The notes: generated from the letters alone by a model not told the origin. 64,000 nt of DNA from Henriciella sp. (GCA_965228095.1 OZ245793.1:3563516-3627515); one strand, 5' to 3'. Counted from the stretch's first letter, positions 1-10,269 are shown. Translations and numbers: made by a program.

Positions 1-83
1 TGAAGGACGATGATCAGGCTGAGGATGCAACTCAGCGAATGATCGGCCTGGCTGGCGGCAACATTCCTCACATTCACGACTAA
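1..83 (+). CDS. 3' end of small phage protein upstream of tail tube (partial)
   Basis: Near-identical to the 3' end of ORF 48461..48673; TAA at 81-83 followed by GGAG RBS. Confidence 0.75.
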   Translation, partial: KDDDQAEDATQRMIGLAGGNIPHIHD

Positions 84-93
84 GGAGTAGCCT

Positions 94-1083
94 ATGTCCT
101 CTCGCAAGGGTCGCCTTTCACCGCTTACCGCGGCGATCGCGACAAACATTGAAACACTGCCCGTCGCGAACCCGCATCAGCTCTGCTACTACAGCGAGGG
201 GTTTGATTCACAGGATGGGTTCGTCAACGATCAGGTCATCTGCCACGGGGCAGCGAATGGCCGTGATAAGACTGACCCATCCCCGGCTCTGCGCCAATCC
301 TCTGGCACGCTCAATGTGCCGATGGATGTCGCGCAGCTCTCGTATTTTCTGCCGATGCTTTGCGGTCCAGCCGCCACAGAAGTGGAAGATAACGGCGTCA
401 CGCCGAGTAAATGGACGCGGACCTTCGTGTCAGGATTGGACACTCAGATTATTTCTGCGTTTTCAATCCCTGTTGTGGATGACCGCTTCAAGCTCGTTCA
501 CCCTTCCATGCTCAATTCGCTGAGTTTTAATGTCGGAAAACAAGACGGATTCCGAACCATGGATCTTGGGTTCTTGACCTCGGATGTAACCTTGGAAAGT
601 TCTGAGCCAACATTTGCTGGAGCCGCGAGTCCGCGGTCTTACACGCACAAGAAAGTAGCGGGGAATATCGGAACGATGTCGATTGGCGGTACAGTCGTCG
701 CTGATCTGATTGATGGCACATTCAATTTCTCAAACGGTGGCGAGCTGATCAATCTCGCAGATGGGACAAATCGTGCGCTCGGTCTTGAGACCGGGGATAC
801 ACAGATCCGTTCCGACATCACTGTGCGGTTGAAGAATGGCGTCGGCGCTAATGACATCTTGGATAATTTCCGAGGTGCTGAAGGCGCAGCGTTTGCGGCA
901 AAGTTCAGTTTCCCGATTGATGCGAATGCATCGCTCGAAATTGATATGCCGTTCTGTAAAGGTGAGCGGCGTTCGCCGGTGATCCAGGGTGCCGAGCGTC
1001 AGACGTTCTCTGCGCCTTTTGAGGCGTTCCAGGACGGGGGCAACCCGGCAGCCACCTTCACGCTCATCAATCAGGAAGCCTAG
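94..1083 (+). CDS. Major tail tube protein
   Basis: 329 aa; position before chaperone/frameshift genes and tape measure; paralog of 48685..49677. Confidence 0.75.
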   Translation: MSSRKGRLSPLTAAIATNIETLPVANPHQLCYYSEGFDSQDGFVNDQVICHGAANGRDKTDPSPALRQSSGTLNVPMDVAQLSYFLPMLCGPAATEVEDNGVTPSKWTRTFVSGLDTQIISAFSIPVVDDRFKLVHPSMLNSLSFNVGKQDGFRTMDLGFLTSDVTLESSEPTFAGAASPRSYTHKKVAGNIGTMSIGGTVVADLIDGTFNFSNGGELINLADGTNRALGLETGDTQIRSDITVRLKNGVGANDILDNFRGAEGAAFAAKFSFPIDANASLEIDMPFCKGERRSPVIQGAERQTFSAPFEAFQDGGNPAATFTLINQEA

Positions 1084-1089
1084 TGGCGC

Positions 1090-1126
1090 GAGCGAGGAAA
1101 GCCCCAAGATAGGGGCTGCCTCGCTC
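1090..1126 (+). other. Conserved intergenic RNA hairpin between tail tube and chaperone genes
   Basis: GAGCGAGG/CCTCGCTC outer stem and AGCCCC/GGGGCT inner stem; compensatory changes in copy at 49684-49720. Confidence 0.7.
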
Positions 1127-1142
1127 CGCATAGGAGGTAGAC

Positions 1143-1649
1143 ATGCTTCAAATTGGAAAACGCCAGGATTCGACCTGGCACAATCTCGATTCATTCACTG
1201 GAGAAATGCCACCCGAGGGGGTGGCTTGCGTTGCGTTCAAGATGCGGCAAGCAACTGGGCTGGACGAGTCAATCGCGGAAACCAATGCGCGAGCCAACAT
1301 CGCACGGATGGCTGAAGGTGCAGTAGATGCCGTCGACTATGGTCTGGATGCCGTCGAGTGGGCGCAGGCCATTGTTGATGGTGCTGCGCCGTTGCTCGCC
1401 GGTGTGGGTTATCAGGTTTACACCGTCGAGCTGGCAATGCTCTGCGCGTCTGAGATGCGGGGCGTCGAAGACGAGAACGGCGAACCGGCTGAATGGACGA
1501 AACGAAATGTCGCCCTAGTGCTTCAGTCGCGTCGCCCATCCGCCGAAGCATTTCAGGGGTTGCAGCGCTTGGGCACCACATATGCCGACACGTTTGCGAG
1601 CCTGGCATTGAAAACGGTGCGCGGAGCGCGTGCTGAGGGAAAGCCCTAA
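1143..1649 (+). CDS. Tail assembly chaperone (gpG-like)
   Basis: Between tube and tape measure; ends in G GGA AAG slippery site; GGAGG RBS. Confidence 0.75.
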   Translation: MLQIGKRQDSTWHNLDSFTGEMPPEGVACVAFKMRQATGLDESIAETNARANIARMAEGAVDAVDYGLDAVEWAQAIVDGAAPLLAGVGYQVYTVELAMLCASEMRGVEDENGEPAEWTKRNVALVLQSRRPSAEAFQGLQRLGTTYADTFASLALKTVRGARAEGKP

Positions 1650-1681
1650 GCCGTCGCGCCGAATGGCAATGGGGTGACGGC
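1637..1681 (+). promoter_or_regulatory. Programmed -1 frameshift signal (GGGAAAG plus hairpin)
   Basis: Lambda G/T-type heptamer in correct frame; GCCGTCGC/GTGACGGC stem downstream; -1 frame open to 2023. Confidence 0.85.
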
Positions 1682-2023
1682 CTAGTAGAATGCCGAGGTT
1701 GCCGAGAGGCCGGGGATCCATGTGCTGAAGGGTTGCCGCGCGAAAATGGATTTGTATGCCCGATGCGCGCAAATGCGCCGACGACGCGCGAGGGTGCCCT
1801 AGCCTGGGCGCTGGCCAATCAGCCGGATTTTTGGAGCCAGACTGCGATCGCTGGCATTTCGCAGTCCATGCTCGTGACGCAGGGATTGCGTATTGATGCG
1901 GCGTTGAGTTTCGCACTCTCGCAGCATCCAGACATCAACCAGCTTTATCTGATCATCTGCTTGCAGGCCATCGAGGTGTCCAGATTGGAAGTCGAGGCGC
2001 GGATGCGCGCCAATAAGTCGTAG
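1640..2023 (+). CDS. gpT-like extension of tail chaperone (read in -1 frame)
   Basis: -1 frame reads KALSRRAEWQWGDGLVECRGCREAGDPCAEG into ORF 1733..2023; conserved in prophage B. Confidence 0.8.
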   Translation, partial: KALSRRAEWQWGDGLVECRGCREAGDPCAEGLPRENGFVCPMRANAPTTREGALAWALANQPDFWSQTAIAGISQSMLVTQGLRIDAALSFALSQHPDINQLYLIICLQAIEVSRLEVEARMRANKS

Positions 2024-2032
2024 GAGGTTTGA

Positions 2033-4711
2033 GTGCCGAACCGAAACCAGGAAGTCAGCCTTCGGCTGAGCGTCAAGGAAAAGGAAGTCATTCAGCGCGC
2101 GCTGCGGGAAATCGGCGAAGATGGTGAGCGTATGGCCAATGCTATCGATCGCTCAACTAAGAAAGCCAATCGTGGACTTCAGGCCATGGATCGGGCCGTC
2201 GATTCTGCAAAAGACGGTGTTGACGATCTTGCTGACCGCACGGGACCGCTTGGCGGTGTATTGAAGGCGCTTGGCCCGGCCGGGCTTGCAGCGGGCGCAG
2301 CGCTCGGCGGATTGGTGGTGGCGCTTGGCGCAGCGGTGCGGGTGGGCAAAGAGGCGGTGAGCACTTTCGCCGAGATCGGCAAGCAGGCCGATATCATTGG
2401 CGTAACTGTTGAGACCTTTCAGGCGCTGCGTGCCGAGTCTGATGCCCAGGGCATTTCGTTCTCAATTCTCGAAACCGGAATGAAGGCGCTCGAGGAACGC
2501 CAATCTCAGATCATTCAGGGCCAGGGCGAGTTGTTCACCCGACTGAAGGACACAAACCCGGAGTTGCTAAAACAGCTCGAGGCTTTGGATAGCAACGAAG
2601 ATCGTTTGCGAGCGGTGGCCACGGCTCTGGCAAACGCGGAAACCCAAACTGATCGCAACCGTATTGCGTATGCTGCATTTGGTGAGGCTGGCGTTCAGGT
2701 GTCGAAAGTGTTGCTCGCCACAAATGGCGACATCGATGCGTTGACAACGAAAGGTCGCGAACTTGGTCTGGTGATGGACCAAGAACTCATTCGACGCAGC
2801 CAAGAGCTCCAGGTCGAAATGGACATTGCCAGCCAGGTAATGGACCTCCAGTTAAAGCAGGCTTTTGTTGATTTTGCGCCGATCGCTCTCGATACCGTTC
2901 GTTTCCTGGCCGACATCGCTGGCGGGCTGGCCGAAATCTCCAATCGCATGCGCGAAGTCGAAGATCGCTCATCCCGTTTCAATTTAGGCCGTTTAGAAGA
3001 CCTTCAGCAACGCTTGACTGAAGGCGGGTTCCCGCAATCGAGCTTTATTGGTGCCGGGGTTAATGGTGAACCAATCTCTGAGGCAGATCTGCCGCAGCGC
3101 TTCAACCATATTTCCAGAAGCGAGATGCGCCGGCTCATTCAAGAGTTCAATGATATTGCCGCAATTGAAACACAGCGCGCCGCGGCCGCGTTTATTCAAC
3201 AAACTCGGCGCGAGTTGGCTGGTCTTTCGTCGGAACAACTTGGTACCGAACTCGAGTCGACTCGTGAGGCGATCTCTGAGCGCGCTAACAACACCGCCAA
3301 TTTCGGCATTCGCGGGCTCAACCAGTCTGAGCAACGCGATTTAGAGCGGCGCGCAGACGTGATTGAGAGCTTGATAGCGGAGGCCAAAGCGCGTGAGGCC
3401 GGCGCAAAAGCCACGCGCGAGCAGTTAGCGGCCGAACAGCGTTTGAAGGATGAAACGGCTGAGGTAGAGCGTCAGCGACGCGAGCGCCTGACATTGATGC
3501 GTCAGGCGGCCACTCTTTTGAACGAGCTCGGCGATGCGACACTTGCCCTGCAAATCAAAGAACAAGAACTGGCGAAACTGCGAGATGCTGAGTTGATCAC
3601 GCAAGAGCAGTACGATCAGGCGCTGGCTAAGTATCGCGATCGTGTGACCGGCGTCACAGAGGCTACCGATCGCTGGCAGAAAGTCATCAAAGGCGCAGAG
3701 ACAGAAGTCGAAACTATCCAGGCGGCCATCTCTGATCTCAATGAAGATCTTGCAAGCGGCGCGCTAGGCGACAGCACTGAGGCAACTGAGCTTTATACAC
3801 AAGCGCTCGAGGCTTTGAGCGTCGCATTAGGCAAAGCCAAGGATGCCGAAGCTGAAGCAACCCCTGAGTTTAAGGAGGCCGCGGAAATCCGGGAACGTCT
3901 CTCGCAGGCGCGAAAGGCCTCCATGTCGGAACAGCAGCTCATCGAGGCTGAACAAAGCCGTCTGGATGCTCTTGTCGCGGCCGGCAATCTGACGCGCAGC
4001 GAAGCGACGGAATATCTGCGGCTGTACACGCAAGAGCTCCGCAATGCTCGGGGTCAGGTATCTTTGCTCGAGCGCGCTGAAGGCCTGCTCGATGGTGTCA
4101 TGAATGGTCGCATCCAAACGGTGCAGGATCTTGGCAAGGCGATCGCTGGATTGGTCGTGGACATGATCAGGCAGGCCGCGATCGCACAGGCGCAAGTCGG
4201 AAATGGTCAGGGCTTTGGCGGATTCCTGCAAGGGATTGTGGGAAGCGTTTTGGGTGGGTTCAGTGGTGGCGGCAGTGCGGTCAACCCATCGGGCGTGCCT
4301 CCCATCGTTCCGCAATCGCACAGTGGCAGTGTGGTTGGGTCTGGCTTCCCCGGCGTTCGCAGGTCTGGTCAGCGTCTGATGAGTGATGAGAGAATGGTCG
4401 TGACGCAAGTTGGCCAAGAGATTGTGACCGCAACTGACCGTGCTCAGATCATTGATTATATTCAGCGCGCGAGCAATGAGCGAAACGAACCAAACGAAGT
4501 CATGCGCGCCGGTCCAATTCCATTGGATATCAATCTCAAGATTCGACAAGACGGAGGTGGGCAACCTGCTGAAGTCGAGGCGCGGCAGGGCGGCGACAAT
4601 CAACTTGAAATTGACGTGTTCTTCCGAGACCAGGTGCGCAGCGTTGTATCTTCCGGCGCAGTCGATGAGCCGTTGCAGCAGCGCGGCTTTCGTAGAGACG
4701 CGGTGCGATAA
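2033..4711 (+). CDS. Tail tape measure protein
   Basis: 892 aa, Ala/Glu-rich helical, Gly-rich C-terminal segment; position after G/GT. Confidence 0.9.
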   Translation: MPNRNQEVSLRLSVKEKEVIQRALREIGEDGERMANAIDRSTKKANRGLQAMDRAVDSAKDGVDDLADRTGPLGGVLKALGPAGLAAGAALGGLVVALGAAVRVGKEAVSTFAEIGKQADIIGVTVETFQALRAESDAQGISFSILETGMKALEERQSQIIQGQGELFTRLKDTNPELLKQLEALDSNEDRLRAVATALANAETQTDRNRIAYAAFGEAGVQVSKVLLATNGDIDALTTKGRELGLVMDQELIRRSQELQVEMDIASQVMDLQLKQAFVDFAPIALDTVRFLADIAGGLAEISNRMREVEDRSSRFNLGRLEDLQQRLTEGGFPQSSFIGAGVNGEPISEADLPQRFNHISRSEMRRLIQEFNDIAAIETQRAAAAFIQQTRRELAGLSSEQLGTELESTREAISERANNTANFGIRGLNQSEQRDLERRADVIESLIAEAKAREAGAKATREQLAAEQRLKDETAEVERQRRERLTLMRQAATLLNELGDATLALQIKEQELAKLRDAELITQEQYDQALAKYRDRVTGVTEATDRWQKVIKGAETEVETIQAAISDLNEDLASGALGDSTEATELYTQALEALSVALGKAKDAEAEATPEFKEAAEIRERLSQARKASMSEQQLIEAEQSRLDALVAAGNLTRSEATEYLRLYTQELRNARGQVSLLERAEGLLDGVMNGRIQTVQDLGKAIAGLVVDMIRQAAIAQAQVGNGQGFGGFLQGIVGSVLGGFSGGGSAVNPSGVPPIVPQSHSGSVVGSGFPGVRRSGQRLMSDERMVVTQVGQEIVTATDRAQIIDYIQRASNERNEPNEVMRAGPIPLDINLKIRQDGGGQPAEVEARQGGDNQLEIDVFFRDQVRSVVSSGAVDEPLQQRGFRRDAVR

Positions 4712-5472
4712 TGGCTATTGCCTGGCCAAGTGGCATCCCGACCGCGTTCGTGAGCGAAACTTACGAACGATCGCCAGAAGACGTTGTAAAGCGATCCGAG
4801 GTCGCCGTTGGGCCACCGCTGCGTTTCCTGTGGGCTGCAAGCCGCGCGCAGAATGTCGTCGGCGAACTCAGTCTGTCTGAGGGTCAACTTGCAGTGTTCG
4901 AAGACTGGCGAGTGAACACGCTCGATTATGGCAATGAGGCGTTCGATTTGACCTTGTACGATCACGTATCGCCTAGAACTGTGACTGCACGTCTGCGTGG
5001 ATCACCGTCTGTTAGGGCAAAATCTGGATCTCGCCGCAGAATTCGACTGGAGATGCGAGTGGATCCACCAGAGCCGGCACCAGCTACTTTGTCAGCGCTC
5101 GCTGCGCTCCATAAAGCTGACGCGGCACCGTGGCCGGCAAGCGTGCCCGGGTGCCCGCGTGTGGCTGATTACGAAAAGACTGTGGCGAGCCAAGTCGCGC
5201 GACCGGATGATCGAAATTCACCGGGCGGCGTATTGGTGTCGCGGCTCGAGGGCGGTCAAGAGCGCGTTAGTCTCATACTCTCTGCGACCGAGCTCGAGGC
5301 CTTCGAGGCGTGGTTTGAAGGTGCCGCAGCGCTTGGTGTCCGAGATATCCTCTTCCCGGTACCGGGCGGAGTTCATACCGGCTGTTTCACGTCAGGCTAT
5401 GCCGTGAAGGGCGCTGGAGCGATCAATGGTTGGGGGGTTACGTTTGACCGCTATTTGGAGGCCCGCCCATGA
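4711..5472 (+). CDS. Distal tail / minor tail protein (two-repeat)
   Basis: Directly after tape measure; IAWPSGIP and APWPASVP internal duplication; paralog of 53310..54071. Confidence 0.55.
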   Translation: MAIAWPSGIPTAFVSETYERSPEDVVKRSEVAVGPPLRFLWAASRAQNVVGELSLSEGQLAVFEDWRVNTLDYGNEAFDLTLYDHVSPRTVTARLRGSPSVRAKSGSRRRIRLEMRVDPPEPAPATLSALAALHKADAAPWPASVPGCPRVADYEKTVASQVARPDDRNSPGGVLVSRLEGGQERVSLILSATELEAFEAWFEGAAALGVRDILFPVPGGVHTGCFTSGYAVKGAGAINGWGVTFDRYLEARP

Positions 5473-5942
5473 CCACGGCTCGAGGGGCGACCCGCATTGA
5501 CGTGTATCTCGCGACACTCGAGCACCCAGACCTTGCGCCGCTCACAGGGTTTGTGGATGGCGTCACGATCGATGGAAAGCTGCGCGTCGCCAATTGGAGG
5601 CACAATTTCATTTCTCGAACCTTCACGTTCGCGCCCGGTTTCTTCCAGGTCCAACAGCCCCGCGCCGGCGATCGCCGCGGCATCCTTCAGCTGACCATCG
5701 ATAACGTGGATCAGCGTCTCACCGATGTTGTGAACGCACTGACTGGGCCGGCGACGCTGAAGCTCGAGCGCGTCTATGCTCATTTGCCTGACACTGTCCG
5801 CAATCAGTGGACCCGCCTGGAGCTTAAACTGTTTACCGTGAACGATCGCGAATTAACCGGCAGTTTTGGGCCGCCCGCGACTGAGGGCCAGTTCATGGGG
5901 ATCCGGATCAACCCATCGGGTTATCCAGGAGCGTTTGAGTGA
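5469..5942 (+). CDS. Tail tip protein (DUF1833/gpL-like)
   Basis: LQLTIDNVDQ motif; position before NlpC/P60 gene. Confidence 0.5.
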   Translation: MTTARGATRIDVYLATLEHPDLAPLTGFVDGVTIDGKLRVANWRHNFISRTFTFAPGFFQVQQPRAGDRRGILQLTIDNVDQRLTDVVNALTGPATLKLERVYAHLPDTVRNQWTRLELKLFTVNDRELTGSFGPPATEGQFMGIRINPSGYPGAFE

Positions 5943-6343
5943 GCGAGCTGCGAGAGCGCCTATGGGCGTGGTGCAATGAAGTGCTCGGGCGCCCATACGA
6001 AAAGCAAACGTGGGATTGCTTTCAGTTGTTGCTTGAGGGTCAGAGTGTTGCGGGATGGCACCGCGCGTTTGAGCCAACTTATAGAGAGCAATCGGAGGAA
6101 GCGCCCGGCAAGACCATGCTCCGGAATTTCTCGCGAGGGTTTCGCCGTTTCAAGGAAATTGAAGAGCCACAGCTTGGCGCGGCAGTCTTGTTTCGAGATG
6201 AGCGGGTTCCAATCCATGTCGGGCTTTGGATGGCTCCCAACACTATGATTCACGTCAACACGACGACCGCTACCACCCTGGCAGAAATCGGCCCGGGAAC
6301 TGATTATCATTTCAATCTTGCAGGTTTCTATGTCCCAGCCTGA
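5939..6343 (+). CDS. NlpC/P60 tail assembly protein (gpK-like)
   Basis: GRPY, WDCFQL, HVGLW and IHV catalytic Cys/His motifs. Confidence 0.8.
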   Translation: MSELRERLWAWCNEVLGRPYEKQTWDCFQLLLEGQSVAGWHRAFEPTYREQSEEAPGKTMLRNFSRGFRRFKEIEEPQLGAAVLFRDERVPIHVGLWMAPNTMIHVNTTTATTLAEIGPGTDYHFNLAGFYVPA

Positions 6344-9300
6344 GATCATTGTCGTCGTCAAAGACGATCCATTCTCCGACCGCCCTCCCCGCCTTCTCAA
6401 GGCAAAGAGCGGCACACCAATTTCGGAACTGGTCGACATGGCTGGATTCGAACAGCTCGAGATCGATCACACGGAAGCCAGCATCAATGGTGAGGCGATC
6501 GACGCAGAGCTGTGGGCGGAAACTCCCGGGCAAGACCATGTGCAACTGGTCGTGCTCCCGCAGGGCGGCGGCGACGGCAACAAACTGTTACGCACGGTGT
6601 TGACGATCGCCGTTATTGTCGCTGCGTTTTACCTTGGACCAGAAGTGGCTGCATTCTTCGCTGCTGAAGGAACCAAGGCATTCGCGGCGATCTCCTATTT
6701 GACCACCGCTGTGATTACCACGGTCGGTCAACTTGCGATCAATTCAATCTTACCGCCGCCCACGTACGACTTTGGGGATCAGCCCGATCCTGTTTACTTC
6801 ATTGAGGGTCAGCGAAATCGACTGAACCCACTGCAACCAATCAATACGGTGCTCGGTCGCCACCGTATCGTCCCGAATTTGGGAGCTCGTCCCTACCCCG
6901 AGATCCGCGGCGACGACACCTATTACTACATGGTCGTCGAGCTCGGCCCGATCGACATCGAGGTTACCGATCGGCGCGTGGGCGACACACCGCTGGCTAA
7001 CATTGATGGCGTTGTTTATCAGAGCCGGTTGGTTCCAACCGACCCACACCCGACCATGGCGAGCCGTCAGGTGATCTCTGAAACGGTGGGCGCGACATTG
7101 TTGGTCTCGGATCCGGAGCTCCGCCGCACCGCATCTGACGTGATCGATTGCGATCTCATTTTTGCATTCCCGCAAGGCCTCGGGGGTACGAACAAGAAAG
7201 GCAATCCGACCAGTTTAACTGTCAACATTCAGGTGAGATATCGCGAAGTCATTAATCCTGGACCCGGTGAGACGTTCGGGGATTGGCGCTTCGCGTCTGC
7301 GCGCACCAATGCCTTGTATCCGGAGTTTCGCGGTTTCGAGAATATGTTGGCGCTTTCGGGTGGTGGCATCGGTGGGGATCCAAACTTCGGCACCTCCGCT
7401 TCATTCAGTTTTACCGAAGCGAAGCCGGCGCAGCCTTTTTTCCGGCAAGTTGGGTTCTCGTTCCCGAGCGAGGGCACCTATGAGGTTGAGGTGGAGCGCA
7501 TATCTGCGGATTCGACGGACGCGCGAGAATTCGATGATGTCACCTGGCAGACTATTCTTTCGAAACGCGATGAGCCGATCATCAATCGCGATGATGTGGC
7601 CTATGAAGTTTACCGCTTCAAAGGCACCGATGAAACAAGCGGCGCTATCGATGAGCTCAATATGGTTGTGGGGCGCTGGATGCCGGCATTCCCTGACGCT
7701 GTTTTGGATCAAGCAGACCTTAGCGGTGTCACTGCCGCCGATCTTAGCATCACGAAAGTCAGCTCAAATCCTTGGGAGCAATCTCTGTGGCTTAAGCGCA
7801 ATGGCTTCGGGGCCCGCCAACCGGTCACTGACGATGGATTCGATTGGCCGAGTTTTGCGGCCGCGGCGAAAGATGCTCGCGATCGCGGTCTGAAATTCGA
7901 CTACTACGTCAATCGCGATGTAAACGTTGATGACTTGGTCGACCTGGTCGCAAGATCTGGTGGTGAAGGGCGTGTTTATTCCTACAATAACATTCTGACA
8001 GCGGGCCTCGATCGCCCGATCGCTGCGCCAAGTCACGTCTTTCGTGATCAAACTGCCCGGAACGTCTCGACGGCCAAATCCTTTGCAGAGGAAGTTCACG
8101 CTTACATTGTGACGTTCAACGATGCGAACAATGGTTGGCGCACGCGCGAAGTGACGATTTATGTCGACGGATACGACAAGCAAACGGCGACAAAATTTGA
8201 GTCTATCCAAGTCCCGGGGAAAACAGACTGGGATGATCTGCACCGCGCTGTTGGTCAGCTTTATCGAAATTCTCGGCTTCAAAGTACGACCATGGATCTA
8301 GAGGTGCCGAAAGACAGCCTCGATAACTCATTGCGGCTGATGGGGCGTGTTTCGGTTGCGACTCGCGTGATCACTCAGGTTCAAGGCTCTGGCATCGTTC
8401 GTGGCATCACCGAAAGCGCCGGCGAAGTGACAGATGTGGAACTGGATCAGGAAATCGAGATGGGGCCCAGCTTCCCGGGCCTGGCAATCAAGTGGGTGAG
8501 TTTGGATGGTGATGGGCAGCAAGTCCTGTCTTCCCCTGCCCCACTAGATATTCCCGCCCAGGATGGGCGTGTGACATCGGTCACTTTGACAACGCCGGTG
8601 CCAACAGCATCCGGGCCGGCAGCCGGCAATGATTATATCATCGGGCCGATCGGAACCGATCTCTACGAAGGCTTGCTGCAGAATGCAGAGGATGCCGGCA
8701 GAGATTATGTTCGTCTCTTTTTGAAATCATATGCTGAAGCGCGGTTCGATGAGACTGGATATTCGATCCCGGCCTATGCCATTGAGCCTGTGCTCCCGTT
8801 TGGGTCCAGCCCGCCGTCTCCTGTTTTTGTCAGTGCTGAGGCCAGCAATTTCAAGATCACCGTGAATTTCACTGTGCCAGAGGGTTTCCCGCAACCGCTT
8901 CGCGAGATCCGAGTTTGGCGCGCCTATGCTGCGCCCGATGATGATCCGGATCCGAATGCGCTTTCCGTTTTTGAGCAGCTGCCATCACTTGGTCCTGAAA
9001 TTCGCCAATTGATTGACGCGCCTGGTCAAGTAGGTCAGCGGATCGTTTATCGATTCCAAACAGTATCGGTTCCCGGGCGTTCCAGTCCTATCATGCAGAC
9101 GCCGATTATTACGGTTGCAGACGCCTTGCCGTTCGCGAACAACTTCGCCGCGGTCGGCGCGACCGAAACCGGTTCCAATGGTGTCATCAATCCAGTGATC
9201 GAGGTCACCTGGGATCCAGATGATGATATCTCGATTCAAGAGGCAGTGATCGAGGCGCGCGTTGTCGCAAAAGATGCCGGCGACGTTCGACTTCCCGATG

Positions 9301-10259
9301 CGTCGCAGCCTGATTACACACCGGTTACAAATATCCCGGCGATAAAGGGGCGCTTTACGATCCGTGGTGTGCCGCCAGGCGTGGATATGGATGTTCAGAT
9401 GTTCTACCGCGGCCGCCGCGGTGAGATCGGCACCGCGTACGAAATCCGCGATGTGGCCGTCCCAGATGGTGCTGCCGGCACCACGGGAAGTGTCGATTGG
9501 GGAAACATCATCGGAACACCTTTAGAGCTTGTCGATGGGCGAGTCGGTGCCGGACTGAATGCGTCAGGTGATATTGCGCGCCCTATACCCGTCGCCACCG
9601 CGAATTCGTCAGGATTGCTTCGTTACACTGGCGGTGCGCTCTATACCGGTTCGCTTGATGCAGACAGAACGGCCGTAAACATCGCTGCTGGCTTTCTCAA
9701 TCAAGGTGATCTGGCGACAGAAGATGCGGCGTCCGATCGAGCCTATGCCAACTTCATTGTGGCGACGAGTGGCATCAGTTACTCCAATTCAGAGTTTAGC
9801 GTGGACGCGTCGGATCAGATATGCGGCGTCGATAATATCTATCGAGAAAAAGCGTTCGCTACGGTCAGCTGCGATGGTTCGCCTGTAGAGATTATGTTTA
9901 CCGCGTTCTTCGGCGAAGGCGCTCCCAATACATCTTCAGAAGCTCCAGAGTTGACCGTTTCCGCCCTCATTCGCCGCGTCGAGGGTGCGAAGATTGTATC
10001 GCAGGGCAGTCACGTGGCCGTACTGCGCGCAGACGGTGAATCTGGGACTAGTCGTTCATTCGGGGGCACATTCCGCGTTGTTGACGACGATCCGGGCGGA
10101 ACACCCGGGACCCCGGTTAATCGCACCTATCAGATTTTCCTCGCCACAACACGTACCAGCCCCAAACCGCCAGCGGATTTCGTTGCCATTCTCAATCCCA
10201 ATATTTGGTCCGGAATGAGACTGACCGTGCATCGGGAAAACGCTAACAACATCTCGTAA
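6330..10259 (+). CDS. Central tail tip / host-specificity protein (gpI-like N-terminus fused to gpJ-like)
   Basis: ~1309 aa; N-terminal ubiquitin-like segment ending VVLPQGGG, TM-like segment, PINTVLGRHRIVP motif, FN3-like C-terminal repeats. Confidence 0.85.
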   Translation: MSQPEIIVVVKDDPFSDRPPRLLKAKSGTPISELVDMAGFEQLEIDHTEASINGEAIDAELWAETPGQDHVQLVVLPQGGGDGNKLLRTVLTIAVIVAAFYLGPEVAAFFAAEGTKAFAAISYLTTAVITTVGQLAINSILPPPTYDFGDQPDPVYFIEGQRNRLNPLQPINTVLGRHRIVPNLGARPYPEIRGDDTYYYMVVELGPIDIEVTDRRVGDTPLANIDGVVYQSRLVPTDPHPTMASRQVISETVGATLLVSDPELRRTASDVIDCDLIFAFPQGLGGTNKKGNPTSLTVNIQVRYREVINPGPGETFGDWRFASARTNALYPEFRGFENMLALSGGGIGGDPNFGTSASFSFTEAKPAQPFFRQVGFSFPSEGTYEVEVERISADSTDAREFDDVTWQTILSKRDEPIINRDDVAYEVYRFKGTDETSGAIDELNMVVGRWMPAFPDAVLDQADLSGVTAADLSITKVSSNPWEQSLWLKRNGFGARQPVTDDGFDWPSFAAAAKDARDRGLKFDYYVNRDVNVDDLVDLVARSGGEGRVYSYNNILTAGLDRPIAAPSHVFRDQTARNVSTAKSFAEEVHAYIVTFNDANNGWRTREVTIYVDGYDKQTATKFESIQVPGKTDWDDLHRAVGQLYRNSRLQSTTMDLEVPKDSLDNSLRLMGRVSVATRVITQVQGSGIVRGITESAGEVTDVELDQEIEMGPSFPGLAIKWVSLDGDGQQVLSSPAPLDIPAQDGRVTSVTLTTPVPTASGPAAGNDYIIGPIGTDLYEGLLQNAEDAGRDYVRLFLKSYAEARFDETGYSIPAYAIEPVLPFGSSPPSPVFVSAEASNFKITVNFTVPEGFPQPLREIRVWRAYAAPDDDPDPNALSVFEQLPSLGPEIRQLIDAPGQVGQRIVYRFQTVSVPGRSSPIMQTPIITVADALPFANNFAAVGATETGSNGVINPVIEVTWDPDDDISIQEAVIEARVVAKDAGDVRLPDASQPDYTPVTNIPAIKGRFTIRGVPPGVDMDVQMFYRGRRGEIGTAYEIRDVAVPDGAAGTTGSVDWGNIIGTPLELVDGRVGAGLNASGDIARPIPVATANSSGLLRYTGGALYTGSLDADRTAVNIAAGFLNQGDLATEDAASDRAYANFIVATSGISYSNSEFSVDASDQICGVDNIYREKAFATVSCDGSPVEIMFTAFFGEGAPNTSSEAPELTVSALIRRVEGAKIVSQGSHVAVLRADGESGTSRSFGGTFRVVDDDPGGTPGTPVNRTYQIFLATTRTSPKPPADFVAILNPNIWSGMRLTVHRENANNIS

Positions 10260-10269
10260 CCACTGGAGA

